64,000 nt of DNA. It comes from Hemiscyllium ocellatum (taxonomy: Eukaryota). The notes under the pieces are model-generated. The model ran no database searches and was not told where the DNA came from. It saw nothing but the letters and a program-made list of their open reading frames with translations. The DNA is taken from assembly GCF_020745735.1 (NCBI RefSeq), contig NC_083418.1, positions 49,679,776 to 49,743,775 on the forward strand, in the 5' to 3' direction. The position numbers and the translations under genes were made by a program. Below, piece after piece: positions 1 through 12,307 of the stretch (positions are counted from its first letter, which is position 1; each line of letters opens with the position of its first letter).

Positions 1-941
1 CTTCACCCTTAACCAATCCCAAATCAGAATAGTCCCTTTCATTCCCAAGTCCTTATATGGGTTCCAAAGCACAAAGAAGACCTCTCTGGCTGGATAACTA
101 TGGCTTCAAGGCATCAATCTCCAGTTGGCATTTTAAATGATCACATTCTGTACTTGTTGTTCAAGCTGTGCTTGGTGAAGGACTTCAAGTGCTGCCTGGA
201 GATCTTTACATTTACTTTCCAGTTCCTGATTCTTAATTTCTCACTCCTGAATTTATCTCTGTCTTCTCAGTATTTCTGTTCATGTCTCCAATTGACTTTG
301 ATTATTTGAGATGTAAACTATCTTCTTCTTACTGGCAGTCTCTATGGATTTTAACCTTTGCCTTTAATTCTATGTTTTCCAACTTGAAGATAACCCTTTT
401 ATGACTGAAACTGCTCGGGCATCAAGATTCTGTTTTAGTTCTGCATTTTCTGACTATAATTCTTCAATTTCTGACTTCAACTCCCTTATCTCAACATTTC
501 TCTGCTTTAACACATATTTCATATACCAACTTTCTTCAAAAAGACAACAATTTCCTGTCAGCCCATCCTGTTTGGGTGTGTTTCCCCACAGACTTCCTGA
601 TTTACAAATAATCCAGTGCCCTTGGATTTGTAATATCCCAAGATTCCAAACACTCTTATCACTTTGGAAATTTCTTATTCAAATATTCTTTAATCAAGCT
701 CTCCCATTCAGATTGACTGTTTGCCATGATTTCAAAGCTAAGTTCAAAAGCTCAACTCAGTAATGTAAAAGCTTAAGTGTTCCAATTAAATCTGAAAATT
801 TGTTGCGTCTGTCCTCATCCACCCAATTGGATTCTGGCCATCACGTGAGGCCTCTGCCCTCTCAATCCAGGTCAGGCAGGACTTCTGACAATACAGGATG
901 GTAGGTTCAACTTTGGAGCAACTTAGTCACTTCTTATCAAA
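1..941 (-). mobile_element. Decayed internal region of an LTR retroelement, with leader and a gag-like ORF remnant carrying long coiled-coil segments
   Basis: Minus-strand ATG at 727: MANSQSEWESLIKEYLNKKFPK** ... LKQRNVEIRELKSEIEEL*SENAELKQNL, then further E/K/Q-rich heptads. Multiple stops. Lies directly downstream of a PBS. Confidence 0.55.
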
Positions 942-959
942 GCCTTCCCAGGGACACCA
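942..959 (-). other. Primer-binding site, tRNA-Asn-like (TGGTGTCCCTGGGAAGGC)
   Basis: 15/18 match to the complement of the tRNA-Asn 3' end (TGGCGTCCCTGGGTGGGC, from memory), 2 nt after the putative LTR terminal CA. Confidence 0.65.
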
Positions 960-961
960 AC

Positions 962-1687
962 TGCTGTGGGTAAATCACCATAAGTTACCTTTAATTTGGT
1001 AACTTATTAAGAAATCTCCCAGATAACCAAGTACTGAAGCAATGATTTAAACTTTATTGCATGTAGCAGACAAAATAAGATCCCTCAAGTAAGCAAGTTA
1101 AGCCTCACAACCCAACTTGGCTGTTACCAAATTTATGGTGGAACCGGACCATGATTCCACATGTATTTCTCTGGAAGTGTCTAAGCTTTGATCCTTGTGC
1201 CATGCCCTTCTCCAAAGTTCTGGTAAAGTGGGAGTTCTGGTGTTCAATTCTTAGACAGAGTTTCATCCTTCAAGTCTATGTGTGATGTTATTAATAATTT
1301 TTAAAAGTCCTTTCTAAATTGTTGCAAGCCTGCAGCTCGCCTTCTTATCAGAAGGAGCTTATTTGTTCCTTGAGTGTCTGTTTGAAGACACAGCTTTCCT
1401 GCAGTTAAACCCCTAAATTCTTTTGCAGGGCAATCACTTATCCTTGTGGCATTAAGTAGCCAGTTCTCAAGCAGATGTCAAAGCAATTTTATTCATGTAG
1501 TTTCAACTCCCTCTTTTCCCAGACCTGGCTAATTGTTTTCAATTCCTGCATAAAGTTTGTGCTGGTCTTTGATAGTTTATTCCAGACTATTAAAGAGTTA
1601 TTGCTGCTTTCCATGTTGAACAGTTTGTTTTGTTGATTTGTTCAATCAATGAGCAGTTATCAAAGTTGTAGAATTCATAATATCACA
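962..1687 (-). mobile_element. Putative 5' LTR of the same element
   Basis: Minus strand begins TG (1687) and ends CA (962). AATAAA about 90 nt before the end (plus-strand TTTATT near 1053). The distal boundary is uncertain. Confidence 0.5.
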
Positions 1688-1689
1688 TC

Positions 1690-2870
1690 TTGGTGAAGGA
1701 GTCAATGACCGGGGGTATAGACTTAAAAAGTATGTCAGGTCTTTTTGTAACCAGAGGTGGAAATCAGGAACTATTTGCCTGTGAGAGTGGTAGATGCAGA
1801 AGTATAAGGAATATTTAGATGTGCACTTGTAATGCCAAGGTGTGCAAGGATAAGGTCGAATTGTTGGACAATGAGATTAGAATAGTAAGGTGGTTGTTTT
1901 TGACTGTCATAGACTTGATGTGCTATGGTTTCATTTCTGTGCTGTTCACCTCCGTAACTGTTTCTCCTGACTGATAAGTCTAAAACCAGGGGAAATAATC
2001 TCAGGATATGGGGTTGGCTGTTTAAGACTGAGGTGAGGATGAATTTCTTCAATCGGTAGGAAGTGAATCTTTGGAATTCTGTCCTATTAGAGCTGGGAAA
2101 CCCGAGTATGTTCAAGACAGAAATTAAAAGAAATGAATATGAAGATGGAATATGAAAGTGGCATTAAGGTGGATGATTGCCTGTGATCAGAATGGAGTGG
2201 CTAAGCTGGCTTGATGAGCTGAATGGCCCATTATTCTTAGTATGTTCCACTGTCCTGTTGAAGAAATCTTGCCACAGTTGCATGAGACATTGGTGTGGCT
2301 ACACCTGGAATGCTATTTGTAGTTTTGGTCTCCTTGCTTAAGGCATAGATATTTTTAAATCAGTCTGTTCAGATATGTTATGACATATGTTATGATTTGA
2401 ACCAAAGGCTTCAGTCCCAGAAACACGGACATCTCAAGATCGCCACAAGACCCTTTCAAGGAAGGATGCACTTGCATTGGAGGCAGGGCAGCAAAGATTC
2501 ATTAACTTGATCCCTAGGGTGACAGGATTGTACTTCGATGAGAAGATGAATTAATTGAGACCCTCTTGTCTGGACTTTAGAAGAACCCAAGAGGTGATAT
2601 TAATGAAATGTTCATTATTATGAAGGGGCTTGACATGGTCAGTATAGAGACTTTGTTCTCCTGTCTGTCTCAGGAATCTAAAAGGTGGGGTTAAACTCTC
2701 ATCAGTGAGAAGTTGATCAGTTACTACTGAAATGAAGAGAAATTGAATTCGCTCAGAGGGATGTGGGTTTTTTTTTAGAATTCTTTGCCCCAGTTGGCAT
2801 TTGAAGTGTCTTTATTGAATTTATTTATGGTTGACAGATTTTTTGGTCTCAAGATCAGTCATGATTGTAA
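1690..2870 (+). mobile_element. Old CR1-type LINE 3' fragments
   Basis: Degenerate similarity to the 3' ends of other CR1 copies in the window. Confidence 0.55.
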
Positions 2871-3169
2871 TGTATGGAGAAGATGGCTCAGCAGACCAGA
2901 TGGTTTTCTCCTGGTCCTGTTACTTACATTCCTATGTTTAAACAAGTATTTAAGATCTGAATAGAAATAAATTATAGTTCATTAATATAAATTAATTCTT
3001 TATTTCTGGCCTGAGCATTTCATATCTCTAATTTTTTGCAGGCCTACAAGCCTTACCCAGAATTTAATTCTTCAGACTGTGGCCTCTTAATATCCTCTTG
3101 TCCTCCATCTCACAAATCCAAAGTAATGTTTGCCCTTCGTTTTGGGATTTGCTTCATAAACAGTTATGT

Positions 3170-3550
3170 GTTAGCTCAGGCTCATTTAGAAGCACTCTGA
3201 ATCAGAAGCTTGTGGGTTCAAGTCCCATTCCAGAACTACTCCAAAAAACTGAACAGCCATGTCTCCAGAATGCAGAGTTCTGCATTGTCAGGGGTGAAAC
3301 GTTAAATGAAGACACTGTTTATCCTGTCTGTTAAATGTAAAATATTCCAAGACACTATTTCTGTGAAGGGATTTACTCCTGTTCTCCTGGACAATGTTTA
3401 TTTTGGAGCAACATCACAAAATCAGATTATCTGAGCCTGATACCATTAACAATATGGTAATGATATATACCATATATCATTATATGTGACTTCTACATTC
3501 CACATTCAAATACTTAATTGGTTGTAAAACACTTTGGGGTTGAGAAAGCT
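3170..3550 (+). mobile_element. tRNA-derived SINE with Deu-type core (SacSINE1-like)
   Basis: B-box-like GGGTTCAAGTCCC, then tgaaacgttaaa...cactattt...aaatcagattatctg...aattggttgtaaaacactttggg. Confidence 0.55.
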
Positions 3551-4107
3551 TGCAGTCTTACACATCTGCTATAGGAGATAAAGGAAAGTGCTTGACCACG
3601 GAGGGACGCATTTGTTCAGAAGAATCAAGGGCATCTGTACATAGTGTCAGTGGATAAGGTGATAACAGTTGTTTACTTCTGGAATGTGTAACAGTACTTT
3701 CTTCTTCCCACACCCCCACCCCAGGAGCTGGAAGCTGCACACTTTTCATAGTGGGATGTTGGACAACCGAGCTTCCGGTTTATATTGAAGACTCTGAACA
3801 AAACTTACACTCAACAGGAAAATAACTTGTAATTTAATAAGCTGAGTGGAATATGCACATAATAGAACAACCCTGATACATTTTCATGTATACCACACTG
3901 AAGAGATTTGAATTTATGAAGCTTACTCCCTAGTTTTGACTGTTCTGGAATGTGAATGTCAAGCTAAGAGAACACAATGGCTGAAATTGACATAGTAAGA
4001 AAGTTAGAAGATATTCCTACGTGAGAGAGAGAAAACATTCTTCTGTAAATTACATTCACTGGCCTAACAGTTCAAGGGATTGTGTGTGCGCGCGCACGCG
4101 CCGCTGG

Positions 4108-7100
4108 TCATAGAGTCATAGAGATGTACAGCATGGAAACAGACCCTTCGGTCCAACCCGTCCATGCTGACCAGATATCCCAACCCAATCTAGTCCCACC
4201 TGCCAGCACCCGGCCCATATCCCTCCAAACCCTTCCTATTCATATACCCATCCAAATGCCTCTTAAATGCTGCAACTGTACCAGCCTCCACTGCATCCTC
4301 TGGCAGCTCATTCCATACATGTACCACCCTCTGCGTGAAAAAAGTTGCCCCTTAGGTCTCTTGTATGTCTTTCCCCTCTCCCTGACCCCAGGGAAAAGAC
4401 TTTGTCTATTTATCCTATCCATGCCCCTCATAATTTTGTAAACCTCTATAAGGTCACCCCTCAGCCTCCGACACTCCAGGGAAAACAGCCCCAGTCTGTT
4501 CAGCCTCTCCCTGTAGCTCAGATCCTCCAACCCTGGCAACATCCTGGTAAATCTTTTCTGAACCATTTCAAGTTTCACAACAGCTTTCCGATAGGAAGGA
4601 GACCAGATTTGCACACAGTATTCCAACAGTGGCCTAACCAATGTCCTGTTCAGCTGCAACATGACCTCCCAACTCCTGTACTCAATACACTGTCCAATAA
4701 AGGAAAGCATACCAAACGCCTTCTTTACTATCCTGTCGACCTGCGACTCCACTTTCAGATACTATGAACCTATACTCCAAGGTCTCTTTGTTCAGCAACA
4801 CTCCCTAGGACCTTACCATTGAGTGTATAAGTCCTGCTAAGATTTGCTTTCCCAAAATGCAGTACCTCACATTTATCTGAATTAAACTCCATCTGCCACT
4901 TCTCAGTCCATTGGCCCATCTGGTTCAGATCCTGTTATAATCTGAGGTAACCCTCTTCGCTGTCCACTACACCTCCAATTTTGGTGTCATCTGCAAACTT
5001 ACTAACTGTACCTCTTATGTTCGCATCCAAATCATTTATGTAAATGACAAAAAGTAGAGGGCCCAGCACCGACTCTTGTGGCACTCCACTGGTCACAGGC
5101 CTCCAGTCTGTAAAACAACCCTCCACCACCACCACCCTCTGTCTTCTATCTTTGAGCCAGTTCTGTATCCAAATGGCTAGTTCTCCCTGTATTCCATGAG
5201 ATCTAACTTTGCTAATCAATCTTCCATGGGGAACCTTGTCGAACGCCTTACTGAAGTCCATATAGATCACATTACTGCTCTACCCTCATCAATCTTCATT
5301 GTTACTACTTCAAAAAAACTCAATCAAGTTTCTGAGACATGATTTCCCAAGCACAAAGCCATGTTGACTATCCCTAATTAATCCTTGCCTTTCCAAATGC
5401 ATGTACATCCTGTCCCTCAGGATTCCCCCCAACAGCTTGCCCACAACTGAGGTCAAGCTCACTGATCTAAAATTTCCTGGCTTGTCTTTGCCACCCTTCT
5501 TAAACAATGGCACCATGTTTGCCAACCTCCAGTCTTCCGGCACTTCACCTCTGACTATCAATGATACAAATATCTCAGCAAGAGACCCAGTAATCACTTC
5601 TCTAACTTCCCATAGAGTTCTAGGGTACGCCTGATCAGGTCCTGGGGATTTATCCACTTTTGACCGTTTCAAGACATCCAGCACTTCCTGCTCTGTAATC
5701 TGGATATTTTACAAGATGTCACCATCTATTTCCCTGCAGACTATATCTTCCATATCCTTTTCCACAGTAAATACTGATGCAAAATATTCATTTAGTATCT
5801 CCCCCATTTTCTGTGGCTCCACACAAAGGCTGCCTTGCTGATCTTTGAGAGGCCCTATTCTCTCCCTCGTTACCCTATTGTCCTTAATATATTTGTAAAA
5901 ACCCTTTGGATTCTCCTTAATTCTATTTGCCAAAGCTATCTCATGTCCCCATTTTGCCCTCCTGATTTTCCTCTTAAGTATACTCCTACTTTCTTTATAC
6001 TCTTCCAAGAATTCACTTGATCTATCCTGTCTATACCTGACATATGCTTCCTTCTTTTTCTTAACCAAACCCTCAATTTCTTTAGTCATCTAGCATTCCC
6101 TATAGTTACCAGCCTTCCCTTTCACTCTGACAGGAATATACTTTCTCTGGATTCTTGTTATCTCATTTCTGAAGGCTTTCCATTTTCCAGCTGTCCCTTT
6201 ACCTGCGAACATCTGCCTCCAATCAGCTTCTGAAAGTTCTCGCCTAATACTGTCAAAATTGGCCTTTCTCCAATTTAGAACTTCAACTTTTAGATCTAGT
6301 GTATCCTTTTCCATTACTATTTTAAAACAAACAGAATTATGGTCGCTGGCCCCAAAGTGCTCCCCACTGACACCTCAGTCACCTGCCTTGCCTTATTTCC
6401 CAAGAGTAGGTCAAGTTTTGCACCTTCTCTAGTAGGTACATCCACATACTGAATCACAAAATTGTCTTGTACACACTGAAGAAATTCCTCTCCATCTAAA
6501 CCCTTAACACTATGGCAGTCCCAAATGATGTTTGGAAAGTTAAAATCCCCTACCATAACTACCCTTTTATTCTTACAGGTAACTGAGATCTCCTTACAAG
6601 TTTGTTTCTCAATTTCCCTCTGACTGTTGGGGGGTCTATAATACAATCCCAATAAGGTGATCCTCCCTTTCTTATTTCTCAGTTCTACCCAAATAATTTC
6701 CCTGGATGTATTTCTGGGAATATCCTCCCTCAGCACAGCTGTAATGCTATCCCTTATCAAAACTGCCACTCCTCTTTTGCCTCACTTTCTATCCTTTCTG
6801 TAGCATTTATATCCTGGAACATTAAGCTGCCAGTCCTGCCCATCCCTGAGCCATGTTTCCAAATTGCTATGATATCCTAGTCCCATGTTCCTAACCATGC
6901 CCTGAGTTCATCTGCCTTTCCTGTTAGGCCCCTTGCATTGAAATAAATGCAGTTTAATTTATTAGTCCTACCGTGTCCCTGCTTGCCCTGTCTGTTTGAC
7001 TTATTTCTGTTCTCAACTGTACCCGTCTCAGATCGATCTCTTTCCTCACTATCTCCCTGGGTCCTCCCCCAACCTTACTAGTTAAAATCCTCCCTAACAG

Positions 7101-8097
7101 TTCTAGCAAATTTCCCTGCCAGTAGTCCCCTAAATTGAAGTCCCCTTTCAATTTAGGTGCAATCCGTCTTTCTTGTACAGGTCACTTCTATCCCAAAAGA
7201 AATTCCAATGATCGAAAAATGTGAATCCTTCTCCCATACACCAGCTCCTCAGCCATGCATTCATCTGCTCTATCCTCCTATTCCTGCCCTCACTAGCTTG
7301 TAGCACTGGGAGTAATCCAGATATTACTATCCTTGAGGACATCCTACCTAACTCTCTGTAATCTCCCTTCAGAGTCTCAACCTTTTCCCTTCCAATGTCG
7401 TTGGTTCCAATGTGGACAATGACCTCCTGCTGGCCGCTCTCCCCCGTAAGAACATTCTGCACCCTCTCTAAGACATGCTTGATCCTGGCACCAGGAAAAC
7501 AACACACCATTCTGCTTTTTCTCTGCTGGCCACAGAGGCGTCTGTCTGTACCTCTGACTACAGAATCCCTGAACACAATTGATCTCTTGGAAGCCGACAT
7601 ACCCCTCGTTGCATTAATGCCAGTCTCAATACCAGAAACTTGGCTGTTCGTGCTACGTTCCCCTGAGAATCCATCACCCCCTACATTTTCCAAAACAGCA
7701 TACCTGTTTGAAATGGGTATATCCACAAAAGACTCCTGCCCTAGGTGCCGACCTCTCTCTCCCTCCTGGAGTTAACCCATCTGTGTGACTATATCTGAGA
7801 CCCCCCCGCGCCCACTTTCCTATAACTGCCATCCATCACATACTGTTGCTGTTGCAAATTCGTCATCGCTTCTATCTGTCTCTCCAACTGATCCACTCGA
7901 TCTGATAAGATTCGCATCCAACAGCATTTATGGCAGATATAATCCGCAGTAACCCTTAAACTCTCTTAAACTCCTACATCTGACAAGAAGTACACGTCAC
8001 TGCAAAGGCCATTTTTGCTCCTTCACAATCTACAGACCCAGAAAATAACACCGTCTTATTCCTCTACAAACACTGCCCCTGGTTAAATTAATAGCTA
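4108..8097 (-). mobile_element. Near-full-length CR1 LINE, disrupted: ORF1 with SGNH esterase, ORF2 with APE endonuclease and RT
   Basis: ORF1 7148-7726 (NRYAVL...DSVVRG...CCFPGAR...HIGTND...DGLHLN). Endonuclease 6317-6769 (GLYYRPP, GDFNFP, LDLLL). RT 4935-5684 (DFSKAFDKV, GVPQ, FADD). (CTCTATGA)n tail at 4108. Many frameshifts. Confidence 0.93.
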
Positions 8098-8836
8098 TGT
8101 GGAAAGGTTAATTCTCTTTGGCCTGATTTGAGTGTACCATTGCATGCCACGGATTGAATGTGTGTGTGTTGTTCCCTGGAGCTCGAGATCTGGGTGTGTT
8201 ATGAATATAGTTTGCACTTTGGGAATTTAAGAAGGTTTTAAAAGAAAAAGCCACTTTGTAGGACAATGATACTGGGCATGTTAGCTCAGCGAGGTTACCT
8301 TATGACTTTCAACATAGTGATGCACTGTTAAAAGGGAAGTTTATCTAGCTAAAGGCAATTGGCATTTGGCTTGGCTCGATCAGGGTTCCCACCTTGATGT
8401 GCATATGGCTTAATTAGTCAAGTGTACTCAGACCTGTCAATGAGTTTCTCTTCCTCTGCAAACTTTTTGCCATTTTATTGCTGATTAAGGACGTGATTTT
8501 TTTTTTAGTAATTTTTATACCAATTTCTGTACAAAGACAGCTTGTTTGCAGCAGTAAAGGGGGATTGTCTGAGAGAGCTCTTAGGGGAAAGAGCTGGCAC
8601 CACTACTCTGCGAATGGTTTTAAAACCTTAGCTCAAGCCTGGCATGTAGATATCTATGTTATAATGTAATACTGATGCCATTGATAATTAAAGGTAATAA
8701 TTTAAACTAAAACTGTTCCTAAGAGTTTTATATTCCAGACTAGTACAGAACATTATCTCCGGGATGAACCAAGAGAGACTTATGGGTCGAGTCCATCAGG
8801 GATTCCCTGAGCTGTCTTTACAGGGTGACTTTAACA
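8098..8836. mobile_element. Possible solo LTR
   Basis: About 740 nt non-coding block starting TGTGG and ending TAACA. No matching TSD seen. Confidence 0.3.
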
Positions 8837-9200
8837 GAGTGACTTGATATTGTGAAGGGTGATACGTGCATATAGTCTTTATTTCGCATTATTCTTATCT
8901 TTTTATAAGGATATTGGTGCCCTCGTCATCTTTCTTTTCAGTTTCTCGACTTTTTACTCATCTCTTCTCCCATTTCTTCCTTTTACTTGTTACTGATGGA
9001 GGATTGAGGCATTGGAGAATTTACTTTAGATATAATTGTGCACTTTCTTGAAGAAATGGAGTACATTATTAAATAAATTGCTGAAGCAAAGAAAGTTTTG
9101 TTTTTAGCACACATTTGTTGAGAATAATTTAGAACCGAGATTTTTATGGTAATAAGCCTTTTCCCTGTCTGACCTATTCTTACATTTGTCTTTAATGTAG

Positions 9201-9518
9201 CTCAACCAGAAGTCCATTTGTCCACAGATCACATCACTGTTCTGACAGGAACAGAGAGATCTGTGAGTTGTAATGTTAAAGGATTTTACCCTAAACAATT
9301 TGCTCTCACCTGGGAAAAGATAACAAATAAAGGAAAAGAAACGCTGGAAGATCAGTTTTGCACAGGTGCTGCTACTCCCATGGATGATGGAACTTTCAGT
9401 GTTTCTAGTAGAGTCAAGATTGAACCAACATTGAAGGATGATGGTGCTATGTACCAGTGTACCGTAACTCACCAATCGGGTTCTGATATTAGCAAGCATA
9501 CTAGACTCACAGTTAAAG
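9201..9518 (+). CDS. NCR3LG1-like: Gene 1 (NCR3LG1/B7-H6-like): extracellular C1-set Ig exon, AQPEVHLSTD...SCNVKGFYPKQFALTW...DGTFSVSS...MYQCTVTH...RLTVK
   Basis: AG acceptor 9199-9200, GT donor 9519-9520, 318 nt, phase 1-1, open frame. Canonical C1 motifs CxVxGFYP, W, DGTF, YxCxVxH. Clearly paralogous to the gene 2 C1 exon, which follows a B7-H6-type V exon. Confidence 0.93.
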
Positions 9519-9929
9519 GTACGTTCTCTTCTTTGCAAAATATTTTTCACTCTGCTTTTGTTAAAACTTACACATGCTTCAACAATTTACACCATTTTGT
9601 TTAACATTGAATTTTAGCTGAATTATGCCTCTGACTTAAATCAGGAGTTATTTCTCTCCCATTACACAATAGAATTATTAATGTATACAACAATGATTTT
9701 TGAAATTAACTAGATATGACATTTCTAATCTTGGAATGTGAGCCAATTATACATGTGTTCAAAAACTTTTTAACACTAGATGTTAGAATTACATATGGAT
9801 TGCTTTTAGAATGAGTTTTATCAATTTTTGTTAAACTGCTAACAAAAGTAAATAAGTAGGGTTACATTGAAATTGCCTCTGCAGTGGAGTCTGCATATAT
9901 TCATACAGTTGATCAAAAGTACAGCTAGT

Positions 9930-10545
9930 TCTCCTATAACGCTGTAATTGCGTTCCAGCAAAATCTCGCTTATTATAAGTAATGGGGCCAGTGAGAAAAG
10001 TGGGGTTGGGCAGACCAGCAAAAGCTATCATTCACAATCGCTCAGAAATCACCCAGAAGTCTTAACACAAAGTGCAGCATAGCCTGAATGAAGATTGAAA
10101 TAATATTCAGTAACAAAACAAAAGTAAATTTAACACAATATATTTAAGAAAGAATGTAAGAAAGCTGCTCTATGTACGGTACCTCTCTCCAAACGCTGTT
10201 CTGTTGGCACCTGACACCAGCGCTCATGCAGAATAGCACAAAGACCGATGCTGACATCATACAGAGTGTTCGCGCATATGCAGAGTTGCATGAAGACCAG
10301 CACTAACATTTTGCATGTGTGGACATCGGTGCATGCACAGAATGAGTAGAACATCAGTGTGTGTGCAAAATGGCATGAAGAATTTGACATATGCATTGGC
10401 ACGTGCGCAGAACGAAGCACACAAACTGATCACTACTGGAATTGCGCCATTTTCAACGGAAGTAAGTGTTCTCCAAAACACCCTTCCATAATTCTTCAGC
10501 AATGTTATAGCCAAATTGCACTACTGAAAATGCGCGTTATCCCAG
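9930..10545. mobile_element. Possible Tigger/Tc1-like non-autonomous DNA element
   Basis: Starts TA-CAGCTAGTTCTCCTATAACGC; a degenerate inverse (gcgttat..agaa) lies near 10533. Confidence 0.3.
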
Positions 10546-10928
10546 AATGTCCTTTTATTAGGGAAAAAGCGAGAAAAGATTAATTTTTTTCAAAGGATAA
10601 GCTCCAATTGAGTGATAGTTAAGAGGTAAACAAACACTTATTAAAGTTGGAAAAAATAGTTAAAAGGGAAAATAGAGAATCATCAGGTACACAAATCTGA
10701 TCATTTATATATCAGGGAGGTCTTGATTAATGTTGTAGTTTTCATTCCTGATAATAGCTACTTTAGATCATGGATCTAAGTTAATCATGGATTCCCATAG
10801 CATTCAATGTTTGAGAGAGTGGGGTTCCTTAGGCCATTTCTTGACTCCAAAACATTTTTGTGCCTAGAAAAACCAATGTATTGAAATATTGTGCCATGCA
10901 CATGCAGTACTGCACATTCCTAGCTGAA

Positions 10929-11450
10929 ATAGAGTAATAGAGCTGCACAGCATGGAAACAGACCCTTCGGTGCAACTCGTCCATGCCAACCAGATATCCC
11001 AACCCAATCTAGACCCACCTGCCAGCACCCCACCCATCTCCCCCCCAAACCCTTCCTATTCATATACCCATCCAGATGCCTTTTAAATGTTGCATTTGTA
11101 CTCGCCTCCACCACTTCCTCTGGCAGATCATTCCATACACATACCACTCTCTGCGTGAAAACTTTGCCTTTTAGGTCTCTTTTATATCTTTTTCCCTCTC
11201 ACCCTAAACCTATGCTCTCTAGTTCTGGACTCCCCCCACCCCAGGGAAAAGACTTTGTCTATTTATCCTATCCATGTCCCTCATAATTTTGTAAATCTCT
11301 ATAAGGTCACCCCTCAGCCTCCAACGCTCCAGGGAGAACAGCCCCAGCCTGTTTAACATCTCCCTATATCTCAAATCCTCTAACTCTGGCAACATCCTTG
11401 TAAATCTTTTCTGAACCCTTTCAAGTTTCCCAACATCCTTTTGATAAAAA
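10929..11450 (-). mobile_element. CR1 LINE 3' fragment
   Basis: ORF 11219-11488 (KLERVQKRFTRMLP...RGDLIE) and the typical 3' tail. Confidence 0.9.
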
Positions 11451-12196
11451 TAAATCATTGATATAACAAATTTTGTGTAATTTTGCATTTATTTAAGTAA
11501 AGATGCCCCAGGATTGTCGAATTGTTTTACTTTTCTTCTTCAGATGGGTATTTCTGTACCATTTAATGCCAATATTTGGTATTGGTGATATCAAATGAAT
11601 ATTAATGATTTCAATCCAGATCCTTTTAATTTCAAAATGGTCCAACAGTACTGAATTTATTACTGGGGGTACAACTCTGAAACAATTGTTTCAGTTATCA
11701 TTCACATAAATTATAACAATGTCAATGTAACTTCATTTCCATGGATAGTCCCTGACTATCCCCATCTACAATGGAATTATTTTTCCCATGATACAAAATT
11801 AGCTGTAGAGTACATATCATGGGATTGGTGGATTTCTCTGCGTGAGCCTTGTGCCTTTTTGTTTCTGATCATCCTGTTCAGGTATGTTATGACACACATC
11901 CACAATGGGTGTGATTTGAACCTGTGCTTCCTGTCACTACCACTACACCATAAGAGCTTCATCTGGACCATTTTATCTCTTGGGCTTAATTGAATTTATC
12001 AGTAATACTTCCTGCTAGATGCTAGCATGTTCTTTTCAAGAGAGGATATTAACGGATTGTCATTTCAAATTCTTTAAAAACTTTATTGTGTTTAATTATT
12101 TTAAGTTATTGTTTAGTACAACACAGCATGGATGAAGTAGTTTATTTTCTGAGGTAATTTTAGACTAAATGCTTTTCTACCTGTGTTTCAATTCAG

Positions 12197-12307
12197 AGCC
12201 TGAAAAACATTCTTCAGCTTTAGCAGTTGCTGCAAGTATATTTGGTACTTTGCTGTTATGTGCAATGTTCTTAGCTTTTGGATGGCTCTATTGGAGAAGA
12301 AGAGGAG
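12197..12307 (+). CDS. NCR3LG1-like: Gene 1 transmembrane exon, EPEKHSSALAVAASIFGTLLLCAMFLAFGWLYWRRRG
   Basis: Acceptor tttcaattcAG (12195-96), donor GTaac 12308, 111 nt, phase 1-1. Hydrophobic run of about 25 aa ending in W-L-Y-W, followed by an RRR stop-transfer. Confidence 0.88.

Noticed and set aside
4081-4101. (TG)n(CG)n alternating tract as a functional Z-DNA element
   Set aside because: Only about 20 nt, adjacent to a LINE tail, with no evidence of function.
4240-7775. Long ORFs (up to 192 aa) as host genes
   Set aside because: They are CR1 ORF1/ORF2 fragments or their antisense shadows.
1-9200. Leader or V exon of gene 1
   Set aside because: No V-set motifs with compatible splice sites were found; the region is almost all repeats. 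These exons are presumed upstream of the window.
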